Shown here: positions 33,253-38,718 of the stretch, piece after piece | How positions within the stretch are numbered: the first letter of the stretch is position 1 | Layout: the number at the start of each line of letters is the position of its first letter | Assembly: GCF_001194135.2 (NCBI RefSeq) | Contig: NC_069003.1 | Coordinates: 24,724,169 to 24,762,886 of the forward strand | Origin: Octopus bimaculoides | Taxonomy: Eukaryota | DNA: 38,718 nucleotides | Direction: 5' to 3' | Translations under genes and position numbers: made by a program | The notes under the pieces: generated by a model | Told to the model about the DNA's origin: nothing | Databases searched by the model: none | What the model saw: only the letters and a program-made list of their open reading frames with translations

Positions 33253-33597
33253 ACAGCTTGCGAAGACCTGTTGGGGCAAGCGAGAATTGAAACTGAACCA
33301 AATTTGATGACTGGCACCCATGCGAGTGGGATCACTGCCAGAACAGCGGTCTCGCTCCAGTGCTGGTGGCACATAAAAAGCACCATTTGAGCACCATCCA
33401 GCTTCGTCTTACCGGCACTTGTGCCGGTGGCACGTAAAAAGCACCCACTACACTCTCTGAGTGGTTGACATTAGGAAGAGCATCCAGCTGTAGAAACTCT
33501 GCCAGATCAGATTGGAGTCTGGTGTAGCCATCTGGTTCGCCAGTCCTCAGTCAAATCGTCCAACCCTTGCTAGCATAGGAAGCGGACGTTAAATGAA
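33253..33597 (+). mobile_element. Family D retroposon, longer copy
   Basis: Two GGTGGCAC(A/G)TAAAAAGCACC units; the 3' ~170 bp is near-identical to 7420-7613. Confidence 0.85.
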
Positions 33598-33607
33598 TAA
33601 TAATAAT

Positions 33608-33940
33608 AATCCTTTCTACTATAGGCACAAGGCCTGAAATTTTTTTTGGGGGGGAAATCGATCACATTGACCCCAGTACTTGACTTAATTTATCGACCTC
33701 GAAAGGATGAAAGGCAAAATCAATAATAATAATGATTTCTAATTTAGATACAAAGCTGGTAATTTTGATGGCAGGAGGTTAGCCGATACCCCACCAACAT
33801 GACTGGTATTGTGACAATTATTTCACCGACCCTGAAGTGATTAAAGGTAAAGTTAACCTCGGAGGGATTTCAATTCGGAACACAAAAAGCGTGAAGAACT
33901 GTCATAATGCACTTTGGTGCTCTACCAATTCTGCTATCCA
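33608..33940 (-). mobile_element. SINE A variant 1 (partial) followed by diverged variant 2
   Basis: AATCCTTTCTACTATAGGCACAAGG at 33608 and TGATTTCTAATTTAG at 33733, with (AAT)n between. Confidence 0.7.
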
Positions 33941-35190
33941 CAGCTCCCTCGATGGGATTTGAATGCAGAATGTAGAGTCAGAAAACGCTCTAATGAGACA
34001 CTATCACGAACTGTGAGACTGTTTCATCAGTTACACTAACTACATTAATATTATTACTAATAATAATATTTCACAGAAGTACAATGTCACAAATTGCTAG
34101 GGAAAGTATAGGCAGTTACATGAATCCCTACGATAAATATTAATTACTACTATGAGTTAGCACAAACTGCTAGAAATAGCAGCCAAATGTACTTTAAATC
34201 ACACCACCTCATCTTTAAAACGCAAAGGAGGCATGCGTATTCCCGGATATTATACCTTATTCAAAGACAGTCATAGAGGTCAACACGATCTGGATTGACC
34301 AGTGTGGAGGCGACTCTAAACCAGAATTACTACTACTCGTTTTCTTCTTTAAACAAATAATTAACAAAAAGATCTCATTAGAAGGAAAATAAAACGAGAA
34401 ATGAAACAAGGGACGTTAAGAACTCAATCTAAACTGCTTATAATTACTGAAAGCGTTAAAAGGGACACGGGAAGAGAAGAAAAAATGGTGTATGAAAGAA
34501 TGAAATTTAAACAAAATCGTTCAACAAGTTTAGGCAGGCTTCATCAAGTCTCGCAATCTGTTCTTTTATTAATATGTCTTTCAAGTATGGTCATACTAGG
34601 GTATCGTTTTCAGGATATTAGTCAGATCCTACAGCCCACAGTATTTATTTTAGCTTGGTACTGTAGTATTTTGTATATTATCTATCTATCTATCTACCTA
34701 TCTACATTATATTATATTATATTAATGTTTGTTTTTAAACTATAATAAAAACAGATTTACATTAAATTGAAGGATTACTCAATATACTTGGTAGACTACA
34801 AATTTATTTTTCTTTAACAAAAATCGTTTTGACAGTAACTTCGCAGTTTCGGCCAGCTAAGCCCTCAACGGACTGATGGCCAAAATTTCGAAATCACAGT
34901 CAATACAACACACACACAGTGGCATTTCCTCCGTGCATACCTAAGATGTATACTAAATGAATGGAAATAAAATATCCTATGTTAAAACAAATCTTTCATT
35001 TTTATGAAAGACAACTGGAAACAAGGTGCATAAATGAAATATGTACCCTACTTCGGTCATATGGCTTTAATTTCTTTTTAAATTGCGTGTCCTGGCTTAT
35101 ATACCAGGAGTCGCCTCTGTTATATATATATATATATTATATATGTATAATTCTCTTTGTTTACATTTACAACACATACACACACACACA

Positions 35191-35242
<52 letters not shown>

Positions 35243-36315
35243 TATGGGGCGGAACGCTCCAATCAGCATTGTATGTATAATCAAAATAATTTGATCAACT
35301 GACCTCATTAGAGTTACCGCCCTTCCTAGTTCTCATATTTTAAATATCACCCTCAAGTAGAGAGTGCTGTTTTCAAATAGCGTGGATAATCTCAGCTGAT
35401 CTTTTCATATTTATACGATATATACGACCATAGGTTTTCGATGATAGAAAAACCAAAGCAGATTCTCACGGCTGAGTAAAATAAAAGTATAACATCCATA
35501 ACTATCAGGGATTGCATTAAGGAATTTGTAATTCGTAGTATGCTGTTTAATTCGAGTGGTATTAGGCTACTTTTTTTGGCAAGTCGAGCAATCACGTAAC
35601 TCTTTCGTTGGTTCGCCCTTAATTGTTATTGTTGTTTAGCCCCGTTAACTATCTCTGAGCAGACCTATGATCACAGCTTTTCAACCACGAACAGTTCGTC
35701 TATTCTTCAGAAAACAGTGATGTATAAAATCACTGATGCATTAAGAGTATTTGATTTCAAATGGTGTGCTATACTTCAGAATATGTATACATATCTTTAT
35801 ACTTAATATTCTATGTGATAGACAGTTTTAACACTACGTCTATATTATATNNNNNNNNNNNNNNNNNNNNNNNNNNNNNNNNNNNNNNNNNNNNNNNNNN
35901 NNNNNNNNNNNNNNNNNNNNNNNNNNNNNNNNNNNNNNNNNNNNNNNNNNNNNNNNNNNNNNNNNNNNNNNNNNNNNNNNNNNNNNNNNNNNNNNNNNNN
36001 NNNNNNNNNNNNNNNNNNNNNNNNNNNATATATATATATATATATATATAACGCATTCTTGGTAACAGTTTCGATTAATAGAATTAAAGATGTAACCAGT
36101 GTTTTGAATCAATGTTTATCTTGTATTAGAGGGTAAATAGCATGGAGGTGTGCTTCAAGACTACATTACCTAAGATTTCATTTAATTTCTTTTATGGCGT
36201 CAGGTACGATATGAAGGAAATTCGACAGATATTTCTAGGAAGTTCAGGGGCTTAGCATAAAGGCTTCTAAACCGTGATTGGTTGTCAGGAATGTTTGACA
36301 TCGCGCGCGCGTAAG

Positions 36316-36533
36316 TTGTTTAACCCCAGGTCAGTCCTGATCAAGTAACATTATAATCAAAGGTGTCTTTTTAAGGGTTATCAACGAATAAATTATCCAG
36401 TCTTGTCTTTTTTTTTTTTTTTTTAGATTATCGACGAATGTATTATCTCTTCAATTAGATAGGATGCGAACTGAGAAAAATTCGGTTGCAATTTCTAGCA
36501 GGTCGAACGATTACGTGGAGGTTCGCTCGATGG
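36316..36533 (+). repeat. Unclassified dispersed repeat family E
   Basis: TTGTTTAACCCCAGGTCAGTCCTGATC...GTTGCAATTTCTAGCAGGTCGAACGA. Confidence 0.55.
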
Positions 36534-36833
36534 CTAGTGTGTATATATATGTATGAATGGGGAATGATGGTGAACTCTTGACGTCTGAGATATCCTAAGT
36601 TAAAAAAAAAAGAAACTAAATCACAAACTATTCAAAGAATGAGATTGATGTATACACAACAAACACGTTTATAATAAGTATATAGGTGTGTATGTTTAAA
36701 ATAAACTACGAACCGGTTAGGTAATAGTGGTAATACATACACAGATATACGTACGTATACACACACACACGCGTGTGTATATAATTTATACCTGTACAAA
36801 TATGTATATTCATTTTATATATACATATATATA

Positions 36834-36900
36834 TTATTTATATAAGGGCATTACTCTAAGCGTGAGGCATTCTTGTATAGTAATGCCCTTATATAAATAA
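36834..36900. other. Perfect 22-bp inverted repeat with 23-nt loop (pre-miRNA-sized hairpin or mini-MITE)
   Basis: TTATTTATATAAGGGCATTACT (36834-36855) is the exact reverse complement of AGTAATGCCCTTATATAAATAA (36879-36900). Confidence 0.8.
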
Positions 36901-37866
36901 ATATATTTTGGGGAATAAATGATGGATTTTTCCCTTATGAGGTTTTTATCACGCTAGCTACTTGATAAATTCTTATAAAAGAATTCATCCTATTTTGAAT
37001 TAATTATATATATATATATATATACCAGTTGGTAATTCATAGAGTGTAAAATATAAAGACGGTCCAACGACGGAGTCTGCGAATGGTTTCTGACAAGGTG
37101 TCGCAAGATTTTTAAAATTAAAGCAAAAACAATTAGAAAGATGTCAAAGTCCGTATTCTATCAACGGAAGATCTCGGAGAGGGTGAGAAAATACACTTAG
37201 GGTACAACAGATTTTCTTCTGGAGCTGGTTGTATTTTTTGTTTTACGTACCTTAAACATAGAGAAAGATAGGGTGATAAGGTGACAAAAAAAAGAGTAAG
37301 GAAATCGGTAAATCATTATTCTATGTGGTGACTTGACTTGCTAGAAGCAATAACTAACCTCCCTCAAGACACCCATATCATTATCAAATATATATAAAAT
37401 AAAAAGGGCATAATATTAGAGTAGAATGTATATATACCATATCTTAAGAATAAAAGGCGATACATTGAAGTAGAAAACGTAGACTGTGATACGTAAGGCC
37501 AAACTGAGAAGGACGTGTTAGTCATGAGTGGATCGTCTTCGATCGCAATATACATATGTGTGTGTGATGTAGAAATACGGTTGAGATGGATGGAAAAGAT
37601 ACTTACTTATTCTTGTTAACAAAGCAGGCGAAGTCACGTCAGGGCCGGATCATCCCAGGGGATTTAGTGGCTACTATTCATAGTAGATGAGCAATTGGAT
37701 TAAGATCAGATTTGCGGAAAGGGATAACTGATAATGCTGGGCAATTAGTGACATTTTTAGTACGATTGGTTACAGATAACTTGTTCGTTGGTTAGAATAC
37801 ACACGCGCATATATATACATATATATATATATATACATACACACAAACCTAAATATACATATACAC

Positions 37867-37906
<40 letters not shown>

Positions 37907-38426
37907 GCGTGCGTGCGCGTATGTAGCAGGTGCGTGTGTGTATGTGTGTATATATATATATAGATATATATATATATATATATATATGTAAATATATATG
38001 TATGTATAATTATAGAGTTGTTAGAGTGATGGTTCTGCAAAACAATTTGGTTTGTAGGTGATGCTCAATCAATAAATATATATGATCCATATGAGTGTAT
38101 AAGTTGTTGTATCCGTCTGGGTGAGTTGTAGAGTGACATATATATCTATACATATAGATATATATGTAGTAGTAAGCGACTGAGAATTATGAATGACTAC
38201 TACTACCTTACATTGTTACGGACTAAGTGTAGACCAACTTAGCATCGTCCTCCTCAGCAGTCATTGAATACGGACACACACACACAGATACTTCGTAGAA
38301 TGCTTATCTATGTGTAAATATACACACACACAGAAATCTCGACCGAAATCTCGTCCGCGCTCAACGTGATTTGCTTAAGTCTATTTAAAAGAGGTGAGGA
38401 AGCTAGCGAGGCATTTAATTGTGGAA

Positions 38427-38665
38427 GGCGACGGGCGAGCTGGCAGAATCGTTAGCACGCTGGGCGAAATGCTTAGCTGGTATTTCGTCTGCCGTTACGT
38501 TCTGAGTTCAAATTCCGCCGAGGTCGACTTTGCCTTTCATCCTTTCGGGATCGATAAATTAAGTACCAGTTACGCACTGGGGTCGACGTAATCGACTTAA
38601 TCCGTTTGTCTGTCCTTGTTTGTTCCCTCTATGTTTAGCCCCTTGTGGGCAATAAAGAAATAAGA
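38427..38665 (+). mobile_element. SINE family A, very young, with perfect 14-bp TSD
   Basis: ATTTAATTGTGGAA at 38413-38426 and 38666-38679; intact A and B boxes; CpGs retained. Confidence 0.95.
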
Positions 38666-38718
38666 ATTTAATTGTGGAAACCCTTGGAAAATGTCAAGTG
38701 CATTGGACCTGCTAAATT

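Larger units (their letters stand above)
1595..36027. other. Assembly gaps: 1595-1604, 6832-7419, 13818-14114, 14755-15562, 19514-19704, 25646-25655, 26373-26764, 28701-29535, 35851-36027
   Basis: N runs, mostly abutting microsatellites or repeats. Confidence 1.

Noticed and set aside
34401-34745. 114-aa ORF with hydrophobic C-terminus
   Set aside because: The hydrophobic part comes from (TATC)n/(TAT)n microsatellite; no homology or splice support.
6782-36112. Long ORFs made mostly of X or of YI/HT/CV dipeptide runs
   Set aside because: Artefacts of N-gaps and dinucleotide microsatellites.
36740-36990. Additional palindromes (TATACACAC...GTGTGTATA; TTTATCA...TGATAAA at ~36950-36970) and ACACAC/GTGTGT at ~21835
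   Set aside because: Low-complexity or short; expected by chance next to microsatellites.
6461-38665. tRNA-like A/B-box sequences as tRNA genes
   Set aside because: All are SINE heads continuing into family bodies; no complete cloverleaf with acceptor stem seen.
1-38718. CRISPR array or prokaryotic system
   Set aside because: No short repeat-spacer array or operon-like gene organisation; the sequence is clearly animal, intron-rich DNA.

Overview
Eukaryotic, AT-rich, repeat-dense draft scaffold with nine N-gaps. The tRNA-headed SINEs and microsatellites look like octopus (coleoid cephalopod) DNA; this is my inference from recalled repeat content, not a database result. The only confident gene is the large first coding exon of an EXTL3/botv heparan-sulfate glycosyltransferase (minus strand, ATG at 4701, phase-1 GT donor after 2637). 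Its GT64-domain exons lie left of the window; candidate 5'-UTR exons lie to the right. The rest is mostly nested mobile DNA: three tRNA-derived SINE families (my labels A, B, C), a (GAT)n-tailed retroposon (D), unclassified repeats (E, F), TTAA piggyBac-type MITEs, three mariner relics, a decayed RTE-like reverse transcriptase, a Penelope-like fragment and a young Mutator-like MITE. Most interesting: a ~690-bp intronic inverted repeat, a MITE whose long TIRs end in telomeric repeats, a SINE 3'-tail module tandemly amplified at two loci, a possible spliced antisense ORF just upstream of the EXTL3 start, a hammerhead-like motif, a perfect 22-bp hairpin and a 172-bp tandem repeat. All alignments and counts were done by eye; repeat boundaries are approximate unless TSDs or TIRs are quoted.
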